A DNA stretch of 64,000 bases from contig JANHCV010000009.1 of NCBI GenBank assembly GCA_025594325.1, positions 868,001 to 932,000 of the forward strand. Reading direction: 5' to 3'. Both the position numbers and the translations under genes were made by a program. The notes under the pieces are model-generated. The model saw only the letters and a list, made by a program, of their open reading frames with translations. It had not been told where the DNA came from and did no database searches. Source of the DNA: Blastocladiella emersonii ATCC 22665 (taxonomy: Eukaryota > Fungi > Blastocladiomycota). Positions within the stretch are counted from its first letter, which is position 1. Each line of letters begins with the position of its first letter. This document shows, piece after piece, positions 11,591-22,028 of this stretch.

Positions 11591-11896
11591 TCAAATTGCT
11601 GGGGCACGGTTTGGTGATGGAGCCCGTGTTCAGTGCACATCCTTAAACGACGCGGTTCACCTGGGAGTCGCTAGCGCAGGCTCGTTGAAGTGGGCGCGAG
11701 TTCAACGGTTGCACCGAGAACGACTTGCGAGGTCCCATGAACGTGAGTTCGAGTGAGGACTGCGAGGTCGAGAGATCCGCTCTTTGAGTTGCGGTCCGTT
11801 ACACGGACGGGTCGCTCCGTGGCTTGGGTTTGCCAGACGTTGCAGCGGGCGCAGACGTCTTCGTGAGCGGATCGCTGGAACTCGCTGTTCGCGTGG

Positions 11897-12640
11897 GTGC
11901 GGGTCCGCGCAACGTGCTCGTTCGAGTGGGCCGTGCTCCGCTGGATCATCGCGGCCCGCGAGCTCCAGGTCGAGTGGGTCCGTGGCCACGCCGTCAACTT
12001 GGAGAATGAGGAGGCCGACGCGCTCGCCAACAAGGGCTGCCGCGCAACTCCCGTTGTGAATCGCCGCCGCCGTCCGCGCGGACCTCGATGCGCCCTTCAC
12101 GGCGCGCAGGCGCGGCTGCGACTTCAACTCAGTCCCGCGACGCGCTCTCCGCCGCCTGCACGACGCGCGACACGACCCGCTGCTCGCTCTGACCGCGTCC
12201 GCTGGCATCACGTCCTCCCCCATCGATGTCCCTGCCCTTGTCACTGCGCTTCGGGGCAGCACGCGCCGCATCCACCCGAGCGAGTCCCTCACCGCGAACT
12301 CGCTCCCGTGCTTCCAGCTCCGCGCGCTCGCAGGCCAGCTGCCGACCCGCAGCTGTTTGCACCAGCTCTGGCCGCACCGCTACGAGTCCCCCAACTGCGC
12401 CGAATGCCCAAAAACTGGCGGCAAGGTCGCCGACACTCAAGCGTACGCGTTTGAGTGCACACTCTTCGCGCTCAATCGTCTCCGCGGCACTGGACGACGT
12501 CCGCATCGTAAACGCCCTCGCGGCGGTCGACAAGGGCTAGATCGGGGGCGGGCTCCGCACCAGCGTCACCGGATCGCTCGCCGAGCGCCTTCTCAACCCA
12601 AAACACATGAAGCACCGTGGCCGCCATCGTGGACGCACCA
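11897..12640 (+). mobile_element. Non-LTR retrotransposon (LINE) relic: RNase H C-terminus plus C-terminal Cys knuckle
   Basis: WAVLRWIIAARELQVEWVRGHAVNLENEEADALANKG matches the RNase HI WVKGH...NE.AD.LA..G motif. Downstream, in another frame, LHQLWPHRYESPNCAECP...DTQAYAFEC resembles the LINE C-terminal zinc-binding motif. Multiple frameshifts. Confidence 0.7.
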
Positions 12641-12872
12641 CTCGTCGCGTGGTTCAAACAGCTTTACTGAGACGAACTCATCGATCCACGCCTCGCGCTC
12701 CTGCCGCGACGGCCATCGCCTCGAGCGCCATGCAGGAGCTTGCTTGGCGCCCTCGCTGCAGCGCGATTGCTGATGCCGCGCCGGTGACACATGACGGTGC
12801 CCTGCCGCCACTCAACGCGAGCGACCAACCGCACCATCCTTTGTTGAAGCGCGCGCATCGCGCAGCAGGGGA

Positions 12873-13256
12873 ACGCGCTGTGCTGTGACGCGCTGTGCTG
12901 TGACGCGCTGTGCTGTGACGCGCTGTGCTGTGACGCGCTGTGCTGTGACGCGCAAAGCTGCGACGCGCAAAGCTGCGACGCGCAAAGCTGCGACGCGCAA
13001 AGCTGCGACGCGCAAAGCTGCGACGCGCAAAGCTGCGACGCGCAAAGCTGCGACGCGCAAAGCTGCCACGCGCAAAGCTGCGACGCGCAAAGCTGCGACG
13101 CGCAAAGCTGCGACGCGCAAAGCTGCGACGCGCAAAGCTGCCACGCGCAAAGCTGCCACGCGCGAAGCTGCCACGCGCGAAGCTGCCACGCGCGAAGCTG
13201 CCACGCGCGAAGCTGCCACGCGCGAAGCTGCCACGCGCGAAGCTGCCACGCGCAAA
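12873..13256. repeat. 15-bp minisatellite, 25 units plus a partial unit
   Basis: 5x ACGCGCTGTGCTGTG, then 14x ACGCGCAAAGCTGC(G/C), then 6x ACGCGCGAAGCTGCC. Ends ~40 bp before the 3' inverted repeat of element B. Confidence 0.97.
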
Positions 13257-13865
13257 ACGGCGCAAGCGCAAAACGGCGCAAGCGCCCAACGTGGCGCGGG
13301 CTTTAGCCCTCGATTGAAAACCAGACGCGAAGCGTCTAGGTGCCTCAAGTATAATGTGTTAGATTGGTTCGGTAGTTTTCGATACATTCATTTACTTGTG
13401 TGTTCCCCTGCTTGAGACTTGGGATGAACGAACGACCGAAACGCGTCCAGACGCGTCGCTTCGGTGTGGCGCAGCGCGTCTCAGATGATCATGTGACCGT
13501 GCTCGAACTTCAAATCATCGGCCACAACTAGTCAGCGAAGGGTTTTGCGACTTTTCACTTGGCGCAATAGGTTTGATGGGCAACAAACTTTCGAAGTCGA
13601 GGCGTCGGGGCGACCAGCGGTCGACTTTGTTGATCAACGGGTTTGTTTGTCAACCTACAGCGTCCGCACAGCTGGCGCCGCGGCGTGTGTGCCACCCACC
13701 GTCTATCCATGCTACCGTCGCAATTTCGCTCGGCTCGTCGCTCATCGCAACCACAGCGACGATCGTTGTTCGTGCTTAGTCCGCGGTGAGTGGTCGACCA
13801 TGCTCAAGGACTTCCCACAAGTATCATCACCACGATGCAAGAACAGCTAGTTACTGTATCAATAC

Positions 13866-16397
13866 TCATACATGGTGAAGCAACGGCGACGTCTCACCCA
13901 CGCCCTCCCCCTCCCCCCGCTGCGCCACACTCCACTGCACCTCGCGCACCACATCCACCCCAAGCGGCACCAAGCTCGCCGCGAGACACACGATCCACCC
14001 CTCGCGTGCGATCGGCACGAGCCCGGCGGGTCCCGCCACGAGCGCAAACATCCCCGCGACAACAACCACAGCGACCGCGAGCCAAATCCCCGCGACGCGG
14101 GACGTGAACCCGTGCGCGCGGAGCGGTGCCGCGGGCGACCGCATTGCGTACGCGAGGACGATATGCGCGAGCATCCAGGTGACGAACGCCATACTGCGCG
14201 CCTGGTCGAGCGACGCGCCGACGACGAAGGCGCGGCCGAGCGCGAACGCTGCCAGGACCGCGGCGAGGAGCGGAGTTGCGGCGCCGGCGATCCAGCGCGC
14301 CAGGGAGGCGCCGAACATGGTGTCAGGCGACCCCGCGGCGGTGCGGTCGACACTGCAAAGGGGCATGGGCTCGCGCGCGAACAGCGTGGTGGCGCCGAGA
14401 TCCATGGACATTTCGAGGACGAGGAGCTGGACGGCTGAGAACGGGAACGCGCCGAACACGGCAACACAAACCACCGTCAGCGCGACGAGCGCGAGCTTGC
14501 ACGCGAGGTAGAAGGCGACGGCCTGGCGCACGCGGACCGTGGCCCAGTGCGCGACACGCACCGCTTCCGCAATCCCATCGAGCCCGCGGCCCAGGAGCAC
14601 CACGTCCGCGGCATCCAGCGCCGCGTCCGCGCGGCCCGGACTCGCGGCAACGACGGCCGCGACGGCCGCCGCGCGCATCGCGGCCGAATCGTTCGCCCCG
14701 TCGCCGACAAACAGGACGCGGTGGCCCGCGTCCGCGAGCTGGCGGACGAGCTGCACCTTGGCCTCGGGGCTGCACCGCGCGTGGACCTCGTCGACTCCGC
14801 CGACGGCGCGCGCGACCGCGTGCGCGGTGCCTGGGTGGTCACCCGTCGCGAGCACGATCCAGGTCCCCGCCGCGCGGCACGCGGCGAGCCACTCGGGCGC
14901 GTGCAAGCGGACCGGGTCGGTGAAGGCCAGCGCGCCGAGGTAGGTCAGGCCCGACTCGGACGACTGGGTTGCGATCCCGATCAGGCGGTACCCCTGCGCG
15001 GCCCAGTGCGCGAAGCGGGCGGATTCGGCGGATTTGAGGGTGGCGGAGAGCGGGCCCGCAGCGGTGGTACGGGACGCGAGCGCGAGCAGGGTCTCGGGTG
15101 CGCCGCGTAGGACGGTGCCCGAGGCGCGGACGACGCGGCGGAGCATGGTGTCCGGGTCGACCGACTGCTCGATGACGGGGCCCGCAGCGGCGGCGGCCGC
15201 GAGCACTTGGTCCGCAGCGTCGCCCCACCTGGCCTTGACGGCGGCGTCGTGCGGGTCGGTCCACGCGACGGCCGACGCGGCCCACGCCGCGAGGAGGTCA
15301 TCGGTCGGCTCCGCGCCGTCCGCCGCGCCGGGGACAAGGCGCGCGGCGAGGGCCATCTTGTTCTCAGTGAGCGTGCCGGTCTTATCGGTGACGAGCGCCG
15401 TGACGCCCGCGAGCTGCTCGAGGGCGCGCAGCCTGCGCACCACGACGTTGGAGTCCGTCAGATCGTGTGCGGCGGCGGCGAGGACGACCTTGACCATGAG
15501 CGGGAGCTCCTCGGGGATGGTGGCGAAGGCGAGGGTGAGGCCGAGGAGAAGTGTCTCGCGCCAGGGCAGGTGCAGGGCGAGGGTGCCGTAGGCGACGATC
15601 GAGGCGACGACAGCGGCGGCGAGGAGCGTGGTGAAGTAGGCGAGCCGCTTCATGAGCTTGGCGAGGTGCGTCTTGGGCTGCTTGGGCGGCTTCAGGCCGC
15701 CGAGCTGCGCGAGGCGTGTCGCGGGGCCGGTCGCGGTGACGATGAAGGTGCCTAGGGTCGGTCGTTAGTCGTTGCAGGCGGAGAAGCTGATGGGTGTGCG
15801 CGTACCGCGACCAGCAACGACAACGGATCCAGTCAAGACGACGTTCCGCGGGATGTCGCCCTCAGTGGTCCCCGCCAACGCCGCGGCGGAAGTCTTCTGC
15901 ACGGGCTCGTTCTCGCCCGAGTACGTCGCCTCGTTGACGAGCAGCGCGCCCTCGTCCGCGACGACCCGCAGATCCGCGGGCGCGGCCTGCCCGCGGTCCA
16001 GCAAAACGATATCGCCAGGCACGAGCTCGACGGACGACACGACCTCGACCCGTCCACCATCCCGCCGCACCGTGACTATCGACGCGGCGGGCGCGCTCAT
16101 GTTCTTGACCGCGACCTTGGCGCGGTGCTCCGTGACCATCTCGATAGCGACCATAGCGAGGACCGCGAGCGTAACGACCACGGCTTCGGCGAGCTCGCCG
16201 AGGACCAGGTACCCGGCGGCAACGGCAAACAGGAGCAGCATCATGGGCTCCTGCGCCTCGCTGAGCAGGACGCGCAGCAGGGGTTTCCCGGGCCGCAGCG
16301 GCGGCGGCGAGTTGGGCCCGAACGTCGCAGCGCGCCGCGCGACCTCGGCGGGCGGCAGGCCCAGGGACGGGTCCGTCGGCGGTTGATCGGGTTCCAT
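13866..16397 (-). CDS. P-type cation-transporting ATPase (P2-like, atypical PEEL motif), ~825 aa, one intron
   Basis: Motifs DKTGTLT, ATGDH, GDGAND, RGAPE, DIVLLDRGQAAPAD, TYSGEN and TM4 IPEELP. Intron 15752-15805 (GTACGC...GACTAAC...TAG) joins GRG|TFIVTATG in frame. Confidence 0.93.
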
Positions 16398-16637
16398 GAG
16401 TCTAGCGTTGCGTGGGTTGGAGGGGAGAGGGGACCGAATTCGGTCGGCTGCCGGTTGAGGCTTCGCTGATCCACGCGATCGGGTATCCGATCAAGCTTCG
16501 GCCCGTGCACGTGCTGCCGCGCGAGACGCGCGAGACACGCGCGCCGCTGCCGCTGCGCTGTGGGAGACACTTTTCGCGTTCGTTCGTTAAACGCGCCGTC
16601 CTCGTCGCCGATGACCTCCGCTCCCCTACCACGCAAG

Positions 16638-17339
16638 ATGCCACCGACACCCAAGCAGAAGAAGCCCGCTACGAGCGCCGCCAAGAAGAAGGCCTCGTCG
16701 GCACCGGCGGCCGTGAAGCCCTCGCTACGCCGGCCCGCCTCGCTGCCTACTGCCGGCTCGGCCTCGGCCGCAGGCGACGCGGGCAAGCTGACCAACTTCT
16801 TTGGCGCGTCCAAGCCTGCCACCGCCAAGGGCAACAAGCCGGGCGCGCTGCGCATCGCGTCCTCCTCGCCGACCGCGGCCGCGTCGCACCTCGCGTCACC
16901 GCCCGCCTCGTCGACGTCGCCGACCCGCGCGCCCGCCGTCGCGTCGTCGTCGCCGAAACGTGTGCTCTCGTCACCGCCGCCTGCGGCGCATCAGCTGCCG
17001 ACACCCACATCGCCCACCGCGGCCGCCGCCGACCCGACCACGAGCGACGCGCGCCTGCCGTCGTCCGTGGCGTACCTGGCCTCGCACTTCCGCAGCGAGT
17101 CCGACCGCGCGTCCGCGGTGGCGCAGCTTCGCGCGTTCGATCTAGACCTGCGGTACGGTCCCGCGGTCGGCGTCCCACGTCTCGCGCGGTGGCAGCGCGC
17201 GGCGGGGCGCGGGCTCGCGCCGCCGGCGGACGTCGGTCGGCTGCTGAGCGCGCTCGACGCGGTCGGGCAGGTGGACCCCGTGCCGGCGTACACGGCGCAG
17301 CTCGGGTGTGTGTACGACGGGTACGCGGCGGTGATTTGA
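16638..17339 (+). CDS. POLD4: DNA polymerase delta subunit 4 (p12/Cdm1 family)
   Basis: C-terminal LRAFDLDLRYGPAVGVPRLARWQRAAGRGLAPP matches the family signature LR.FDL...YGP..G..RL.RW.RA..GL.PP. PIP-box-like KLTNFF lies upstream. ATG at 16638. Confidence 0.88.
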   Translation: MPPTPKQKKPATSAAKKKASSAPAAVKPSLRRPASLPTAGSASAAGDAGKLTNFFGASKPATAKGNKPGALRIASSSPTAAASHLASPPASSTSPTRAPAVASSSPKRVLSSPPPAAHQLPTPTSPTAAAADPTTSDARLPSSVAYLASHFRSESDRASAVAQLRAFDLDLRYGPAVGVPRLARWQRAAGRGLAPPADVGRLLSALDAVGQVDPVPAYTAQLGCVYDGYAAVI

Positions 17340-17403
17340 TTTTAGCTGAAAGATTCCTATTGCCTATATACCTATCGATCGATGAAAGAGTACACGAGCA
17401 AGC

Positions 17404-18474
17404 TCACGACTGCGCCTTGGCCTGATCGGCGCGCCACTTCATGAAATCGTCGAACAGCGATGGCCACGCGGACGCCTCGAAATCGTATCCCGCGGGATCG
17501 CGCGCGGCGCCGTCGCGGGCCCAGAACTCGGGCAGGTTGGTCCACTGGTCGCGCGTGATGACCTTGGCGTTGGTCTGGTGGTCGAGGAACTCGACGAACC
17601 GCGCGCGGACCCCGCCGAGCGCGTGCGCGTCCGGGAACACGACCGAGAGCATGGCCATGGCCGAAGCGAGGTCCACCGACTTCTGGCCCTCGGCGCGGCT
17701 AAAGTCGTACGCGTACCGGTACAGGCAGCGGAAGTCGGTGCCCGACGGGTCCGCGAGCATCGCGTTTGCGGTCGACGTCAGGTACGTCTTGAGCTTGGTG
17801 CAGTTGTCGAGTCTACGACACGGGGGTGAGTGGTCGGGTGAGGGCGGGGATGCGAGTGAGACGACGCGGGTGTGCGTACTCGAGACGCGCCATGGCGATG
17901 CTCCACTCGGTGCGCGAAAAGTAGCCCATCTGCTTGGCGCCGAGCGTGTACGCGAGCACGAGCACCTCAAACTACATCCGCCAAAAGTCAGGGTCCGACG
18001 TGAAAGACACACGTCTGGGACGTACGCTCGACGGATCGAGGTCGAGGTCGCCGCACAGCTTCTCGATGCCCTCGGGCCCGATCTGGTCCTGGTTATCCGC
18101 ATCTGCACGGGAGGTGGTGAGTCGCAGCGCGCCGGCGATCGGGCGACAGAGCGAGCGGCGCGTACCCTTGTACCGGTTGAACCACTTGGTGCACACGGAC
18201 GCCGAGAAGGCCGTCTGTCGTCACAGCAACGCGTCGGTCAGTCAGTTCATTCATCTCGCCCCAGATCCACTGTTGACTCACCTTCCTACACACACGCACG
18301 AATCGTCACGCGTCAGTCAAGCCAGTGTGCGACAGCAACGAGGTGCACACACCTCGTCGACGCGCGCGACGTGGCGGCGCGCTTGGTCCGCGCGGGCGTC
18401 ACGGGTCCTGCTGCGTCGGCGGCCGGCTCGGTCGCGGTCGCGGGGGCAGTCTTGGCCTTGCGTTTTGGTGGCAT
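17404..18474 (-). CDS. DCN1: DCN1-like cullin neddylation factor (PONY domain, no UBA; DCUN1D4/5-like), multi-exon
   Basis: IGPEGIEKLCGDLDLDPSS, FRCLYRYAYDFSRAEGQKSVDL, FVEFL, ITRDQWTNLPEF and AWPSLFDDF. Basic N-terminus MPPKRK. Exon boundaries approximate. Confidence 0.88.
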
Positions 18475-18708
18475 GGTTGGCGCGGGGGCAGTTGCATAGA
18501 GTAGTGGGCCGTGCTGCTGCTTTCGGGGGAGGAGGGAGGGAGGGAGAGAGAGAGTTGGCCGCGAGCCGCGGGCGCGAGGAGGGAGTCCCACCTTTTTCTG
18601 TCTCGCTCCCGGCCCGCGTGCCCACGCGGCGTCCGCCGCCGCCGTCGTCGACGACGCCCATCGCCCCGCGCCACCGACCCGACTTGCAACTCTCATAGCA
18701 ACAACACC

Positions 18709-20078
18709 ATGGAGCAGATGCAACCACCCGCCGCACCCGTCGCGTCATCGGCGCTGTCGCCCGCGGCCGCCGCGGCACAGGTCCCGCTGCCCATGTCGCC
18801 GGCGTTCGCGCCCGCCCCGCCGCCGTTCCCCTCCAGCGACCGCGAGGCCGCGCTCGACGCCGAACTCGCCTCGCTCCGCGCCCAACTCGCCGCGCGGACG
18901 CAGGAGCTCGACGACTTCAAACTCGCGACGGCGACGCGCGCCGCGGCGCAGCTCGAGGACCGGCTCCTCAAAGTCGTCTCGCTGCTCACCCGCTTCGCGT
19001 CGAACCCCGCCGAGCCCGTGCCGCCCAAGACCCCCGACTTCCTGCGCGTCGCCATCGACACGCTGCGCGGCGTCGTAGACCGCGCCGCGTCGCCCGCGCG
19101 CTTGGAAGCCGACCGGCTGCGGCTCGAGAACGCGACGCTCGTCGAGCGCCTGCAATCCGCGGCGCCCGCGCTCGACGAGCTCGCGGGGTTGCGCGACGCG
19201 CACGCCGCGGCCCTCGCCGACGCCGAGTCGCTGCGCGGGCAGCTCGATGAGCTCGATGCGGCGCTGCACGAGGCCGAAGAGCGGGCGGACCGTGCGGCGG
19301 CGGATGCGGCGCAGGCGGACGCGGAGCGGGAGGCGGCCGGCGACGAGATGGCGCACTGGCAGCGCGAGGCGCAGCGGATGGCGGACGAGGCGGCGAACCT
19401 CCAGGCGGCGCTCGACGCGGTCCAGGCGACGGCGCGCGCGGACGCAGAGTACCGCCAGGCGCAGCATGCGCGGAAGGTCGAGGCGGTGCAGGCGGCGCTC
19501 GAGGCGGCCGAGGCGAGGGAGAAGGAAGGGAGGGAGCGGGTCGCGGAGCTCGAGGCGGATCTCGACGGGAAGAATGCGGCGATTCGTGAGTTGCAGGCCG
19601 AGGGTACTTGGTTTCGCTCTTGCCCCGCTTCGGTCACGGCTAACTCGTACCCGTAGTCCACTCGCTCACGCACCACATCCAGCACAAGCTCGCCGACCTG
19701 GCGTCGCACAACGAGGTGGACCGCGCGCTCGTCGCCAACCTGGTCATCCAGTTCGTGACCCAGCCGCCCGTGCGCCGGTGGGAGATCCTGACCCCGCTCG
19801 CCGCCATGCTGTGCTTCACGCCCGAGCAGCGCGTCGCCGTCGGCCTCGACAAGCCGCCGACCGCTGGCAGTACGCCCGCGGGGACCGCGCCCGCGTCGGC
19901 TGCGGGGAGTCGCCGTGTCTCGTCGGCCAATGTCGTGGAAGACGGCACGGCCGACCCGATCAAGTCGCCGACGTCCGCGACGGCCGCGCGGTTCGAGCAG
20001 AGCCTCAGCGAAAAGTTCATCTCGTTCCTGCTCCGCGAGGTGTCGACGTCCGCCGACGAGCCACCAGCGAATGTCTAA
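18709..20078 (+). CDS. RUD3: Coiled-coil golgin with GRAB domain (Rud3/GMAP-210-like)
   Basis: Long heptad coiled coil, then VDRALVANLVIQFV...WEILTPLAAMLCFTPEQRVAVGL (GRAB) and terminal SLSEKFISFLLRE. Intron 19604-19656 (GTACTT...GCTAAC...TAG) restores the frame. Confidence 0.78.
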
Positions 20079-20110
20079 AATGCATCTATCTAACTGCTCT
20101 GCTGCTCCAC

Positions 20111-21023
20111 TCAAACTCCTGCTGGCGCCCTGAGCCCCGCCGCGTGCCCGCTGCACACCCACGACGCGGGCACCCCTTCCCCCGCCTCGCCGACCGTCGT
20201 CCACGCGCACTGGCAACACGCCGCCGTCACCCCCGGCCTCGCCGCGAGCCCGCCGCTGAGCGCGGCGCGGTCGGGCATCCGGTTGCGGAACCACAGGTAG
20301 TCCAGCGCGTCGGCCTCCGTCCACGCGGATCCCGCAAACGACTCGACCGCGAAATCGCACCCCGTGCACCGTAGCCGCGGGCACTGCGCGCGTTGTGCGC
20401 CGGCGCATTTGACGGTGAGGCCGGCGGAGGAAGAGGAGAGGGAGAGCGAGGCCGAGGGGCGGGAGACGGCGTGGAGCGCGTCAGCCGACGCCGCGGGGCG
20501 GGAAGTGGTGGTGGTCGTTGAGTGTAGGTCAGCGAGCAGGCTGTCGAGGTCGTCGTCGGACGCCTCCTTGTGCTTGGCAGCGTGGGTCCCGCTGCGCGGG
20601 CTCGACTTGCGCTGCGGCGCCGCGGCGGCGAGCGTGCCTGAGCCGGCGCGTGGCGCGGACCCGATCGCGGTGCTGCTGCGCGACAGCGGGGTGCTGGTTT
20701 CGGTCACGGTGCGGACGAGCGGCGTTCTACTCTCCCCCAAAGTGTCAAGATACGCCGGGTGTGGGCGACAGTGCGACGCACCCAGGCCGACCAAGCCGGC
20801 TGATCGCGCCGCTCGACGACGAGAGTTCGGCGTCGGCCGCGTGTTTCTGCTGCCGTGACACGGGGCGCGAGGACGCTGACCACAGCGGGGTTGCTGGTGC
20901 GGCACGCGAGACCGGCCGCGCCGCGGTGGAGGCGGCGAGTGTGCCCGTCGACGAGGGCGCGGGGAGGTCGGTCGCGGCCCACAGCGACTCGACGTTGTCG
21001 AGGAGTTCATCGACGTCTGCCAT
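20111..21023 (-). CDS. CFAP418: Cilia- and flagella-associated protein 418 (C8orf37/RMP family)
   Basis: N-terminal MADVDELLDNVE, DDLDSLLADL, and C-terminal CPRLRCTGCDFAVESF...W...DYLWFRNRMPD...ACCQCAW. One intron at about 20730-20780 is needed to join the two frames. Confidence 0.85.
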
Positions 21024-21367
21024 CGTTGTTGCTGGTTGCGATGCGTTGCGAAGGGTGCGTTGCGATTTGGAAGGGAGTGAATGCGGGAAGGAAGAAACGC
21101 GTGGCGGAAAATGTCTCGCGCGTCTCGTCTCGCGATGCGACGCGTGGCGCGAGCGTGACCGCGCGCTGATCATTTGCCCGCCGAATTCGCCGCACCGCTG
21201 GTGATGCGAAAGACCATGTGATTCAGTCAGGCCAGCTCCGCGTTGAAAACGGGCACGCGAGCGCCCCAGCGCCCACCTCACGGTCGCCGACTATAAAGAG
21301 GGCAGCGACCCCGCGCTAACTCCCGCTCCCGCAAAGCACTCCCGCCCTTTGCCACGTAATCAACACC

Positions 21368-21748
21368 ATGTCTTCGTTCAAGTCCACGGCCGTCCTGCAG
21401 GGCATCAAGTCGACGCTCGAGTCGGCGCCGGCCGCCGAGAAGCAGGCGACGATGAAGAAGGCCAACGCCGTGTTCCAGTTCGACCTCAAGAACGCGGCGG
21501 GCGAGGAGACGTCGTGGGTGCTGGACCTCAAGAAGAACGGCACCGTGACCCAGGGCAAGCCCGCCGCCGGCACCAAGGCCGACATCGTCATCATCACGTC
21601 GGACGACGTGTTCGTCGACCTCGCCTCGGGCAAGCTCAACGGCCAGAAGGCCTTCATGTCGGGCAAGCTCAAGATCCGCGGCAACATGATGCTCGCCACC
21701 AAGCTCGACGCGGTCCTCAAGACCGCGCCCAAGAAGGCTAAGCTCTAA
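21368..21748 (+). CDS. SCP2: Stand-alone SCP2 sterol/fatty-acid carrier protein, peroxisomal
   Basis: 126 aa with VFQFDLK, WVLDLKK, KADIVIITSDDVFVDLASGKLNGQKAFMSGKLKIRGNMMLATKL. C-terminal AKL is a PTS1 signal. TATAAA at ~21292. Confidence 0.95.
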   Translation: MSSFKSTAVLQGIKSTLESAPAAEKQATMKKANAVFQFDLKNAAGEETSWVLDLKKNGTVTQGKPAAGTKADIVIITSDDVFVDLASGKLNGQKAFMSGKLKIRGNMMLATKLDAVLKTAPKKAKL

Positions 21749-22028
21749 GCGGCGTCGCCGGCTTCGCGTCGTCGTGCGCGCGAGTGTGTCGCGCGATCCG
21801 TGTGTCCGTGGGAGCGGCTCACCCGCGCTCCCTGTCCCCGAGTCAATACAGTCCCCCGATGTCTAGCTCCGCTCTTGTTGCTGTTGCGTGTGGGCCGATG
21901 GAGCCGCACTCGATCGAGGTGAGGTTCAGTCGCGGGCGCGACGCGTCACGCTCGCGGATCGGATTCAGCTGCACGCACACCAGAGCAGGACGCAAAGCAA
22001 CGATCTAGTATACACGACAGCACACCAT

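Larger units (their letters stand above)
7851..11628. mobile_element. Degenerate TIR DNA transposon nested in element B (CMC/Plavaka-like, tentative)
   Basis: CATCACCAAACCGCGC (7851-7866) is inverted at 11604-11619 (15/16 match). The right end reads CACGGGCTCCATC... inward from 11628. TGGATCCA clusters lie inside both ends. The left tip is degenerate and no TSD was found. Confidence 0.6.
7499..13349 (+). mobile_element. Helitron-like element B (non-autonomous, composite)
   Basis: 5' end is A|TCTAGTCGAGGGCTAAAGCCCTC. 7504-7519 is inverted at 13298-13313. Hairpin at 13323-13337 and end CAAG|T at 13349. The last ~65 bp match element A at about 60/65 positions, while the interiors appear unrelated by eye. 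Confidence 0.85.

Noticed and set aside
12873-13256. CRISPR array
   Set aside because: Head-to-tail 15-bp units with no unique spacers, no cas genes and a eukaryotic context; it is a minisatellite.
12664-13415. Repetitive ORFs (RAWQL, RGSFA, VAALR, RKAAT repeats)
   Set aside because: They are translations of the stop-free minisatellite in several frames on both strands, with no independent coding evidence.
21024-21367. RFX X-box upstream of CFAP418
   Set aside because: Looked for GTTGCCATGGCAAC-like sites and found no convincing match.
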